Shown: positions 1 through 10,777 of the stretch, one piece after another
How the letters are laid out: each line of letters begins with the position of its first letter
Numbering within the stretch: position 1 is the first letter of the stretch
NCBI GenBank assembly: GCA_002269645.1
Contig: NIVC01000445.1
Span: forward strand, 1-64,000
DNA: 64,000 nucleotides
DNA from: Macrostomum lignano
Taxonomy: Eukaryota
Reading direction: 5' to 3'
Program-made: the position numbers and the translations under genes
The notes under the pieces: generated by a model
The model's input: the letters and a program-made list of their open reading frames with translations, nothing else
What the model was told of the DNA's origin: nothing
Databases searched by the model: none

Positions 1-169
1 CCTACCGCTCCAGTCGGCTCTGGGTCGAACTCGACCAATAATAGAAGTAAAGCAAACAAACTTTGCAAAGATATTTGTATATTGGAATATAAAACAATAT
101 TTGAAGTAGCTCTAAGGGATTAGAAGTAGCTTTAAAGCTCTATTAACTAGTTTACGCCTTGCTCTACTT

Positions 170-1261
170 TCACACACTATTTGTCATTCGCTCATTCGAA
201 TTTCTAAAGCAACATTTTAGAAGATGGCAATGGTTCTTTGATTTTTTACTGTGCCACGTGCCAAAGGAGTTCACAAGACACAGGGACGGGGTGCCTGCAC
301 ACTGCGAGCAGACGTACCCTGTCTTTTTTGACACTCGGTCGATTTTGCCCAACAGCCTGGCCTGACTTGCTTGGAATGTGCCCGGCCGACTCGATCCGAA
401 ACGCAACGTCTGCCTGGCCCAGACTGTTCAGTCAAATCCTTGATCGCAACTTCTAAGAAGCTGAGGAAGCTCTTTGTTCCTCCAGCATTCTGGTAAACGA
501 TGCAAGCATTGCCTACCAGAAGAAGGATGACATGAAAACCGAGCTTCTGAAACCATTTTTGCGTCTTTCTGTTCGGATGGTATACGGCTGGAGTCCACTG
601 TCCAGTCAATCTACGCCGCCCATAAAAGATGAATAGTTGGCGATGCAAACCGGCTTTTGGATTACTTCTTCCACGTCGCCTCGGCGAATTCGAGTAACGT
701 TGACACAGCTTGCCTGCCTCGCCCTGACTGTCAATCACGTAGACAATCTTTGTTCCGCTCTGCTTTTTGTCGACAAACTTGCACGCCTTTAAGCATTGCT
801 GTTCCTCGCAAACCTCGCATTGCAGTCGTATAATTGCATATGAAGCCCATGATACTCTTAAACCGATTGCGAGTAAGGCAGAAAGACTGGCTTAGGTATG
901 AGATGTGAGAGAACAAATCTTTCGACCAGTAACTGTTCAATTCAGGCTTCTTGTTTAGTCCCAAGTAGACTACAATGGCCACAAATCTCATTTGGTCTAC
1001 AGTCCTTCCACTGAACTAGCCTGGGTGGCACATCCGGCTCTTTCCTGTACATTCATGAACTCCTTCCAGGCTCTCGCATTTGTCCAGTCCGAAAGACGCT
1101 GAAAAATGTTACCTGTCAAGAACTTCTTGACGAAAAAAGACTCATTTTCATCGGCTTGATCCGGCAGATTCCAAATTGACCTCATCCTCGGAGTCCAAGT
1201 CAGCGCTGTTGTTGATTTCAGCCAATAAAGCCTGTCTGGGTGGAGCTGTTCTCGAAGCCAT
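170..1261 (-). pseudogene. piggyBac (PGBD-like) transposase remnant, frameshifted and internally deleted
   Basis: Minus-strand pieces in the expected order: acidic N-terminus from ATG 1261 (MASRTAPP..DLDSEDEV), FVAIVVYLGLNKKPELNSYWS..LTRNRFKSIMGFI, KPVCIANYSSFMGGVD*LD (third catalytic Asp region, with a stop), RKTQKWFQKLGFHVILLLVGNACIVY, and a Cys-rich tail KKTGYVCSQCAGTPSLC..FGTWH. No TTAA-flanked TIR pair found. Confidence 0.85.
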
Positions 1262-2510
1262 GACTTTTGAAAAACTTTTGGTAAGTTGCGGATTAAAATA
1301 AAGCACTTTACTGTCGGTGACAGAAACTCACAGAGGACACAGGCATACGTGTATGTAGCTCGTACAAAATCTTTCCCTCTATCTTTCCGACTGGAATGGG
1401 GATACAGGGTTGAGCAGAAATTTGTTGTCTATGGCCCGAAGTTGACCCATCCAACTGAAACGGAGAGTGGCGAATATTTCCACCGTCTTGAAGAGGTTTT
1501 GAGCAAATCAAGTTGATCGAGCCATTTGGCAACAGTAGATTTGGTCTTGTCCATAGACACAGACGGAGAGGGAAATCAAGCAGGTAATTCTGATCTTTAC
1601 TGCATGGAAGTCTACTACCGAATCTACTGTACTGCTGCCAACTGGGAATTCACAACTTGTTGGCTGAACTTGGCTGAGAAAAGCAATATATATAATAATA
1701 ATATTAATTATTTTAAATAAGAATTCCATGACAATAAAGTGCTACGGATCCTCAATGTAAGTTTCTGTGTTGCAAAGCTGTTTAACTGGATGCTGATTAA
1801 CTATCGCGGTTGTAGTCCGTGAAGTTTGAATAAAAATGACTGTCAGAGCTTTGCTTATTGTCCAGATTTATAGTTTAGGACATCTATGAACTGCTGACTG
1901 ACTGACTGTCATTGGCTGCTCAAATATCAGGATGAGCTTTGCAAGTCGTTGAGTTAGTAGATAAAACTGCTCACTCCTCCCCTCAAATTCTTATCGCTTA
2001 TCTATTCCTCGGTCAAGCAGCCAAGAATCCCAAGGATCCTCCTCACTCTACCGCTTGACATTTGTTGTCAAAAAAGCTTGGCTCAAGTAAGTTTCTATTA
2101 ATGCTTACTGAGTACGCTCGTATATATAGATTAGTACAATATTCTCTTGTAAAGTTGTTTTAACTGCATCAGCCTCTTCTGCTGAATAGTTTAATTAGTA
2201 TGCTAATCGCGGCTTTGCAATATCAAGGAAACAATTTATTTTAGCATAATGTCGATCTCCTAGCTCATCGTATCACGCATGTCTTTAGTGGTATCTCCCA
2301 GGGGAAGGCAATCTCTTGGGTGGTATTTCTCAATAGAATGATTTCTTCGGTTGATACCTCTCACTCCGTACATGTAAGTCTTGCTCTACACGTAAACAGA
2401 GCTGGGGGGGGGGGCTGAAAATCTTTACGTTATGAAATTGCCAAATGACACCTTGTGTCTCAGGTATAGCTGGTATTAGAGTTCGCACCACCTGCCCTCC
2501 GCTCCCAGCC

Positions 2511-3653
2511 ATGCAATCCGATCAGGACCTGCTGCTCTACACTCGGCACTGGGAATTCCGGGCAGCCAAGTGGCTCTGCTGGGCCGGCAGTCCGCTGCTC
2601 CTCCTGGTCGGGTCCGTTGCCAACTGCCTGTCTGTCTGGATACTGAAGAACCACGTGAAAAGAAATGGCACGCACAATTACCTGTTAGTGCTGAGCATAG
2701 CGGACCAGGTGACCCTGTTGTCTGGCCTGTTCAAGTCCTGGATCTCCTGCCTGCTTGGCTACGATTGCTCCCTCATCAGCGTGGAGCTGTGCATCGGCAG
2801 CAACTTCCTGTCCACCATGGCCACCTACTTCAGCGTGTTTCTCATCGCGGCCGTAACTCTCGAACGGGTGTTCGTCCTGCTGTCCCAGCTGCCGACGCCC
2901 AACACGGCGGTTGGGCGCACCCGTCGCATCATCGGCGCCCTCCTGATTGTCTGCCTGCTGCTCAACGCCCACTGGTTCTTCGTGCTGGACGTCTACGACT
3001 TTCACTGGCGGCCGGGGTCGAACCGGACCCATCGAATCTGCGACCTGCGCCCGAGATTCGCCTCGTTGAAGCAGCCGCTCGCCTGGCTGGATTTTTCCCT
3101 CTACTCCCTGATTCCCATCTCCATTCTGGTGGTGTGCAATATCCTCATCATCCGCAAGCTGTACATCTCCAAGAAGCTCTACTCCGGCCAGTTGAACGCC
3201 GCCAGCGAGTCGGTGCGGCTCCGGCCGGTGGCGGCAGCCGACACGCAGACTGCTGGCGGCTCCACCTGCGTGCTGGCAGCGTCCGAGAGGCCGCAGCGCT
3301 CGCTGAACTCAATCACCAACGCTAATCGGCGCCCACTGTTCAGCTACCAGTCGTCTGGTCTCGGCCGGAGCGTCAACCAGGTGACGCTGATGCTCTTGCT
3401 GGTGTCGTTCTTCTTCATCTTCACCTCGCTGCCCATCACTGTGCTAAAGGTGCTCAGCTCCCTGTCGTCCGTGATCAACTTCGAGACGAACAACGACACT
3501 GTGTTCTATGCTCGCTACCAGCTCGGCCTGGCCTGTACAGAGCTGCTGATGTACGCCAATCATTCTGCTAATTTCTTTCTCTACTGCCTGGTGGCTAAGA
3601 AATTCCGACGTGAATTTGCTCGCCGCTTTCGGGCCGCCTGTTGGTGCGGCTGA
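2511..3653 (+). CDS. Class A (rhodopsin-like) GPCR, FMRFamide/sex-peptide/myosuppressin-receptor-like, intronless CDS
   Basis: Seven hydrophobic segments; TM1 GSVANCLS, TM2 YLLVLSIAD, TM3 C..LERV, TM6 FFFIFTSLP, TM7 ANHSANFFLY (N..NF.LY type of protostome peptide receptors). Start placed at ATG 2511 (gccATGc) rather than the ORF-track start 2445. Confidence 0.9.
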   Translation: MQSDQDLLLYTRHWEFRAAKWLCWAGSPLLLLVGSVANCLSVWILKNHVKRNGTHNYLLVLSIADQVTLLSGLFKSWISCLLGYDCSLISVELCIGSNFLSTMATYFSVFLIAAVTLERVFVLLSQLPTPNTAVGRTRRIIGALLIVCLLLNAHWFFVLDVYDFHWRPGSNRTHRICDLRPRFASLKQPLAWLDFSLYSLIPISILVVCNILIIRKLYISKKLYSGQLNAASESVRLRPVAAADTQTAGGSTCVLAASERPQRSLNSITNANRRPLFSYQSSGLGRSVNQVTLMLLLVSFFFIFTSLPITVLKVLSSLSSVINFETNNDTVFYARYQLGLACTELLMYANHSANFFLYCLVAKKFRREFARRFRAACWCG

Positions 3654-3725
3654 AGCCGGCATGGACCAAGGACGACTTAAGTAGATGGACGCGAAACTTC
3701 GTTTTAAGTGATAATCAATCTTTGG

Positions 3726-4240
3726 GATTGATTATGTCTATGGCAAAGTGCCCCGGGAGGAGAGGAGCGTCCAGGATTGATTATGTCTATGGCAAAGTGT
3801 TCCCGGGAGGAGCGTGCAAGATTGATTATGTCTATGGCAAAGTGTCCCCGGGAGGAGCGTGCAAGATTGATTATGTCTATGGCAAAGTGTCCCCGGGAGG
3901 AGCGTGCAAGATTGATTATGTCTATGGCAAAGTGTCCCCGGGAGGAGCGTGCAAGATTGATTATGTCTATGGCAAAGTGTCCCCGGGAGGAGCGTGCAAG
4001 ATTGATTATGTCTATGGCAAAGTGTCCCCGGGAGGAGCGTGCAAGATTGATTATGTCTATGGCAAAGTGTCCCCGGGAGGAGCGTCCAGGATTGATTATG
4101 TCTATGGCAAAGTGCCCCGGGAGGAGAGGAGCGTCCAGGATTGATTATGTCTATGGCAAAGTGTCCCCGGGAGGAGCGTGCAAGATTGATTATGTCTATG
4201 GCAAAGTGTCCCCGGGAGGAGCGTCCAAGATTGATTATGT
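3726..4240. repeat. 45-bp minisatellite (~11 copies) just 3' of the GPCR stop
   Basis: Unit GATTGATTATGTCTATGGCAAAGTGTCCCCGGGAGGAGCGTGCAA; AATAAA signals follow at ~4253-4375. Confidence 0.97.
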
Positions 4241-4432
4241 TTATTGCTGCTAAATAAAGACTGTTTCGATTTGATGCGCTAGAATAAAGAATGAGATTCG
4301 TGAGGGCCATGTTTGTCTGCGATTGCGCTAATTTCGAGCTTCACTTTTGTTTCCTTTTGGTTTTCTGGCAATAAAAATACTTTTTCGTATCCGTGGCGCA
4401 TGTTTTGTATAAACTATGGCAAGAGACTTCAT

Positions 4433-4875
4433 AAGGTCGAAATTTCACAACGTAGAAAACTCAAATAACAGCCACTTTCACAAGGTCGAAACTTTGCAAG
4501 GTCGAAATTTCACAACATCAAATAGCAGCCACTTTCACAAGGTCGAAGCTTCATAAGCTCGAAATTTTACAACGTCGAAAATTTAATATAACAAGAACTA
4601 TGCAGTAGTTTTTTACGTTGTGAAATTTCGACCTTGTGAAAATGGCTGCTATTTGAGTTTTCGATGTTATGAAATTTCGACCTTGTGAAGTTTCGACCTT
4701 TTGAAGTCCCTTGCTAAAGTTTTCGATGTTGTGAAATTTCGACCTTGTGAAGTTTCGACCTTGTGAAAGTGGTTGCTATTTGAGTTTTCGATGTTATGAA
4801 ATTTCGACCTTGTGAAATTTCGATCTTGTGAAAGAAGGTGCTTTCGACGTTGTGAAATTTCGAGTTTGTGAAACC
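4433..4875. mobile_element. Foldback-type non-autonomous element: inverted arms built of ~16-bp subrepeats
   Basis: Left arm (4433-4585) has GGTCGAAATTTCACAA units and CAAATAGCAGCCACTTTCAC. Right arm (4612-4875) has the reverse complements TTGTGAAATTTCGACC and GTGAAAATGGCTGCTATTTG. Confidence 0.75.
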
Positions 4876-5454
4876 TGTTTTGTATGACTCTTGGTCTTTG
4901 CATAACTGTAATCGAGTGTTTTAATGTGTTTCTTTTTTTAGTTGTCATTTGGTTATCGATAATAAACTTTCGTTGTAGTTCATAGCTGCTTTTTAGAGAG
5001 CCAAGCTAATGTCTGGCTGACTTAGCGCATTCTAGTCTGGGGCCATCCCATCCACAGATGCTCACAGATCCATTTTGAACGATTATTTCTAAATTTTACT
5101 TTGTCTCTTTGCACCTCTTGCTGTTTGGTTAATTGAGTTAGTTAAATCGAAACGACAAAACAAAAAAAGAATTTTTTCTGCGTTAGCCCAATATTTGTGT
5201 CCCGATTTTTGTGTTGTGTCTACGAATGTCTGAAGAATTCCTGTTATTCATTACGCTGTTTATTTCCTGTAACATCCTGTAACGACTTACTGTAATGAGT
5301 GTATAACAATTCTTTGGTACAGTTGATATTCCTTTTTGTTTTTAAAAACTTAAGCTATCGATATTAAAACCTGCTTTAAACGATTCTAGCTCCCTCAGTG
5401 CTGATTGGTTGGCTTGCATGTATTTTCTTTCACTGTGTGATGCCCACACCACTC

Positions 5455-5882
5455 CTACAGTTCTCATTGGCTAGCTCGCTTGACTTATCGCCGTGTCTGT
5501 AGCCCACCCCACTCCCAAAGTTCTCATTGGCTAGCTCGCTTGACCTATCGCCGTGTCTGTAGCCCACCCCACTCCCAAAGTTCTCATTGGCTAGCTCGCT
5601 TAACTTATCACTCAGTGTCTGTAGCCCACCCCACTCCCAAAGTTCTCATCGGCTAGCTCGCTTAACTTATCACTCAGTGTCTGTAGCCCACCCCACTCCC
5701 GCAGCTCTCATTGGCTAGCTCACTTAACTTATCGCTCAGTGTCTGTAGCCCACCCACTCCCGCAGCTCTCATTGGCTAGCTCACTTAACTTATCGCTCAG
5801 TGTCTGTAGCCCACCCCACTCCCGCAGCTCTCATTGGCTAGCTCACTTAACTTATCGCTCAGTGTCTGTAGCCCACCCCACT
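5455..5882. repeat. 61-62-bp minisatellite (~7 copies)
   Basis: Unit CAGCTCTCATTGGCTAGCTCACTTAACTTATCGCTCAGTGTCTGTAGCCCACCCCACTCCCG. Confidence 0.95.
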
Positions 5883-6390
5883 CCTTCAATGCTTTGCTGT
5901 ACAAGCCTGTTCGTAATATCCATTATGTATTGTTTGCTTCTTAAGAAAACGTCGAAAATGCTGCAGTGAATTCTATATCGATGCTAGTTAGTTGCCCCAC
6001 ATAGTTAAGCTTCAATTATTAATAGGAGTAAAAAATAAATTGGAAATTCATTTTTTTTCTATTTAGAGTACGTGTAGAAAATCACTAAGACTCGGTACTG
6101 ACGATTCAAAATAGAATTTTATTAAAGTTACTGTAAATATGAGAAGATTAAGCTGGAATAAACGGTAGTTTAATTCATAGAACTCGGTTACATTGATGCA
6201 AGCTCGCTTGAGTATGTTCTTTGGTTTTTTCCTGCGCAATATGGCAAAGCTAGCCAAATTATTCGCTTGGTGAAGTGAAACTTTTATTGCTTTTAAAAAT
6301 TGAAGTTAGTTTCTTAGTGTGAAATAAAAATAAAAGCAGGATTTTTTTAATTAAAAAAACTTTCACGGCTCTGTAAGCCGCGACGGACAA

Positions 6391-6606
6391 GGGGCCGTAG
6401 CCCAGTGGTCTGGCGCGGCGCTCTGATGTGCCAGCGGCCCAGGCTCGATTCCAAGTGCAGTCACATTAATTTGGGCCTGAGTTAGAATCTCGGCTTGGCT
6501 CTGCTCGTGCAATTAACAACCTTGAGGGCCAACCCTCAAGGCACAGTGACGATAAACGACATGCCTAACGATAAATGAAGTTAGGGCCGCTGTACACCCC
6601 TGTGTA
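6391..6606 (+). mobile_element. tRNA-derived SINE family A, near-full-length copy
   Basis: A-box TAGCCCAGTGG, B-box GGCTCGATTCC, body, 3' tail ..GGGCCGCTGTACACCCCTGTGT. Homologous pieces at 17720-17873(-), 32925-33065(+), 27250-27322(-) and 44280-44350(-). Confidence 0.85.
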
Positions 6607-6641
6607 CTTAAAGTTTCGCTTAAAGTGCAGCAGGGTGTACA

Positions 6642-6854
6642 CCACAGATACTATTTTACCTAGAAGCGTCACTCCAGCATTCGCTCATTTAGCGGCCGCC
6701 TCTGAGGCCCCGAAAACCCAGGGTTAGGGCCACAGACACTAGCTGCTGCTGCTACGAGCGTAATGTCTTGAGAGCAGCAAAAGCTATGGTCTATGGTCAA
6801 AACCCCGGGTTTTCGCGCCGGAGTGGCCCATCTAGGTAATATAGAAATCTGTGG
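6642..6854. mobile_element. Hairpin MITE (~213 bp), unclassified
   Basis: Left CCACAGATACTATTTTACCTAGAAGCGTCACTCC matches the reverse complement of the right end, CCACAGATTTCTATATTACCTAGATGGGCCACTCC. Inner inverted pair CGAAAACCCAGGGTT..CCACAGAC / GTCTATGG..AACCCCGGGTTTTCG. No clear TSD. Confidence 0.75.
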
Positions 6855-7867
6855 AGCACGCAGCCCCTGCCTCTAACTAAACTAAAAAGTCCCTACGAGC
6901 TGTATTGATTCATTGCGTCATGAGTCATATTTAATACGTAAGTTAGAAATTTATCTGTGTGGGTCACTCAGCTGATTCAGTCACTTAACAATTGGCAAAC
7001 TCAATTTTTCTCAATGAGCTTATAGACAGCAGTTCTTAACATACAGGTGAAAAATTGACAAATAAGCTTAATTTAGCCAGTCCGTTTCCATTCCAGATAG
7101 TTTTGCTCTAGAACTCCTTGGTACATATAAAGCTCCATGGCCGCGCTTCGTTCAACCTTTATAAGGGTATTCAAGAGTGCAGGAATGAATCTACAAGTTG
7201 TCTGCTGATAGTTGGGGAAAAAGCGAATTCTTGTTATAGCCCAGACAGGATGTGAAATTGAGCAGGAGGGAGCGGAGATCAAAGGCATATCCTCATTATA
7301 TTAATCCCGATTGATGGAGAAGTTTTTAATTTCCTAAATTCAAAATCATGCAAGGGAAAATCTAGACATTTTGCATTGCTTCTTGTGAAGTTGCTCTGAA
7401 AAAAAACTCGATTTACTTTGACTTCACTTGCAAAGGATATTGGAGGAGAAGAGGGGGCGAGTAAGGGAATGAGTTGTGGGTAAAGAGAAGGAAAGATGGG
7501 TTGGGGAAATGGGAGAAGGGGGGGGGGGAAGCTGAGCTGCTAAATTCAAAGTCCCACAGTTTCCCAATCTTGGAATTGACGAGACAAGTCCCGAGCACAA
7601 CAGCAGCCGTGCATTTAAGCCGCTGGAATCTCGAATTCACTTTTGTGCAGCCATCGAATAGGCGCAAAACTTCATTAGATTACTCCAGTGCGCCAGATTT
7701 ATACTTATCTATTCAGAAGAAAAGCTGCTTTGCTCGAACACCGAATACAATCCATAGCAAAATACTTGCTTTAAATTATTGCTTACTAAGTCTCATAAGT
7801 GTGATCAGGCAGATTGCCATCCCCATGGCCTTCTTCAAGGCGTGTCAAGAGTGAATCGAATGTGATT

Positions 7868-8342
7868 CTCATGCTAGGGTCAGGATTGATTCTCATGGCT
7901 AGGAGCGATTCTCATGGCTAGGAGCGATTCTCATGGCTAGGAGCGATTCTCATGGCTAGGAGCGATTCTCATGGCTAGGAGCGATTCTCATGGCTAGGAG
8001 CGATTCTCATGGCTAGGAGCGATTCTCATGGCTAGGAGCGATTCTCATGGCTAGGATCAGGAGTGATTCTCATGAGTTGGGTCAGGAGTGATTCTCATGG
8101 CTAGGATCAGGAGTGATTCTCATGAGTTGGGTCAGGAGTGATTCTCATGGCTAGGATCAGGAGTGATTCTATGAGTTGGGTCAGGAGTGATTCTCAAGGC
8201 TAGTATTAGGAGTGATTCTCATGGTTAGGATCAGGAGTGATTCTTATGAGTTGGGTCAGGAGTGATTCTCATGAGTTGGGTCAGGAGTGATTCTCATGGC
8301 TAGGATCAGGAGTGATTCTCATGAGTTAGGTCAGGAGTGAAT
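7868..8342. repeat. Composite 19-bp / 25-bp minisatellite
   Basis: GATTCTCATGGCTAGGAGC units, then alternating GATTCTCATGGCTAGGATCAGGAGT and GATTCTCATGAGTTGGGTCAGGAGT. Confidence 0.95.
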
Positions 8343-8671
8343 ACCAGGGAAGGGCAGGGCTACGAGTAAGTCAGTTCGATGGGAGGGCAGGCAAGACGAA
8401 CTTCTTATTTCAGGGCCTGAGTTGCTACGAGCGTAGTGCTCTTGCGGAAGCCTGGCTCACCCAGCTTGGTAAGTGAGCTTGCAAAAATAGCATCAAAAGA
8501 AGAATGGCGGCTTCGAAGTCCATTTAATGAAATGACTCGTGGCTTTTTTCAGCACTCAGAGGTCTCTTTTGCTCTTAGAAATCGAAGTTACAATTACACT
8601 CGTATACATTGGTGCAGTATGCCTTTTAAAGGCTTATGGATACTTAAGACAGGAGTTTTTTTGCTGTACTA

Positions 8672-9045
<374 letters not shown>

Positions 9046-9239
9046 AATTCTATGCCAGCGAGCAAGCGGTCAGCCTTGGCATAAAGCCTATGGTTTTGTT
9101 CACATTTAGCCAAGTGGTTAAACATTGCCGCTCAGCCGCCCCCGAGAATGGAATTTGCACTTTCTGCTCTGCTAAACATCGAAGCAACTCGCAGCAAAGC
9201 TTCATGGGCTTGAGTAATTTGAAAAGACAAAGAGGGCGG

Positions 9240-9495
9240 CACCCCCACCCCCAGCTCATCGCTCAATCTCTGCCCCTCTCAGCCTCGAGCGCTGAGCGCT
9301 TGTGACACAACAAAATTTCTTGGGCAGATTGGTCCAGCTGAGGGTCATCAGTTCTTTGGAATGAGAACGGGGGGAGGCGGTGCTTGCTCGGCCTGACCCC
9401 CACTGAGCGCATTCACTGGGTGAAGAGAGCAACTGTCAACAGACTGAAACCGAAAAATAATGAGCCAATTATTGCCGACCTCAACAGAAAATGCT
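9240..9495 (+). pseudogene. Possible degraded hAT transposase C-terminal (dimerisation) fragment
   Basis: Weak motif resemblance only: SLPLSASSAERL and RRCLLGLTPTERI..VKRATVNRLKPKNNE versus the hAT pattern PATS..SER.FS..KRNRL.P. Confidence 0.25.
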
Positions 9496-9679
9496 TTGAT
9501 CTTTTTCGACTGTTTACAACTTCACTGTTTGGCCGGAGCTGCTGTGGGGCACTATGGAATGATACTGAAGTAAGAACAGATGTGCGCCATCTTGATCACT
9601 TTTCAGGTCTGAGACAGTGACTTAGGTGAGGTCGAAAAATCTGATTTAGTATTTTAAAGTCGAGTTTGTGCGACTCTGG

Positions 9680-9915
9680 TTTGTGTCGGTCTGGATTGTG
9701 TCAGTCGTGACTGTGTCAGTTGTGACTGTGTCAGTCGTGACTGTGTCAGTTGTGACTGTGTCAGTTGTGACAGTGTCAGTTGTGACTATGTCAGTTGTGA
9801 CAGTGTCAGTTGTGACTGTGTCAGTTGTGACTGTTCATTTCTGACTGTGTCAGTTGTGGCTGTGTCAGTTGTGACTGTGTCAGTTGTGGCTGTGTCAGTT
9901 GTGACTGTGTCAGTC
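9680..9915. repeat. 15-bp minisatellite
   Basis: GTCAGTTGTGACTGT units. Confidence 0.95.
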
Positions 9916-9977
9916 GAGGTTTTGTCTGTCAGAGATTAGGATTTGTAAATATAGTGGAAAAGCCCAAATAGGAGTGA

Positions 9978-10102
9978 AATCCCCCTCTGTGGAATCCCCT
10001 CAGTGGAATCCCCTCAGTGGAATCCTCTGAGCGGAATCCCTTTCAGTGGAATCCCCTCAGTGGAATCCCCTCCAGTGGAATCCCTTTCAGTGGAATCCCT
10101 TT
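9978..10102. repeat. 14-15-bp minisatellite
   Basis: GTGGAATCCCCTCA / GTGGAATCCCTTTCA units. Confidence 0.92.
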
Positions 10103-10777
10103 CAGTGGAATCCTCTCAGTGGACCCCCTTATTGGAAAGCAGACTTCCTTTTTGAGCATTTCAACCAGACCAAAAACTTTGGCAGTATTTGATTGTATTA
10201 AACAGTATTCGACTATTTCGTAGAGACAAATGCTGTTAATAAAGCGCAGATTTTTTTGCGTTAAATCATCTAGCGGTTTTCCATTTCCAGATTTTATAAT
10301 GCATAATTAAAATTAGAACTCCATGGGCTTACTAGTCACTCTTGTGATGAGTGCCTGGCTGTAAGCGGGGTTTCAAGACAGAGTGAGAGGCGGCCGCAGA
10401 GGAGGTCAAAATCGCCTTCTTGTTGTTCTCCGCGGTTGAGATGGTGCGATTCATTCAACAACTAAAATGAGAGCCGTGTGTGCTCCTCGGCTTAGCTATG
10501 GGGGGGGGTCATTACGCAAACTTTAATTCTAACTAGTTTATTGGGCAGCGGGTTGGGCGGCAATGAAACAGTTGTGAGAGAGTTGGTGGCGCGCGAGTTT
10601 CTGGGACGGAGGGGCGGGGGCGGCGGTCACATGCGGCGCAAAAGTCGTATCATAAGTGAGGTCGAGTCTCAGGGTGGCTTTTATAGCCAGCAGATTTCTC
10701 AACAAAGCACGGCGCTGTCTCTCCTTTCTCTCCGGTATTTTGTTCGCTAATTTAGGTTATTAGCGAGGCCTGGCAAG

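Noticed and set aside
1286-1729. Short ORFs next to the piggyBac remnant
   Set aside because: No recognisable motif, splice pattern or codon bias.
2445-2510. Upstream ATG for the GPCR given by the ORF track
   Set aside because: ATG 2511 has a better context and gives a normal N-terminus. The upstream start remains possible but is unsupported.
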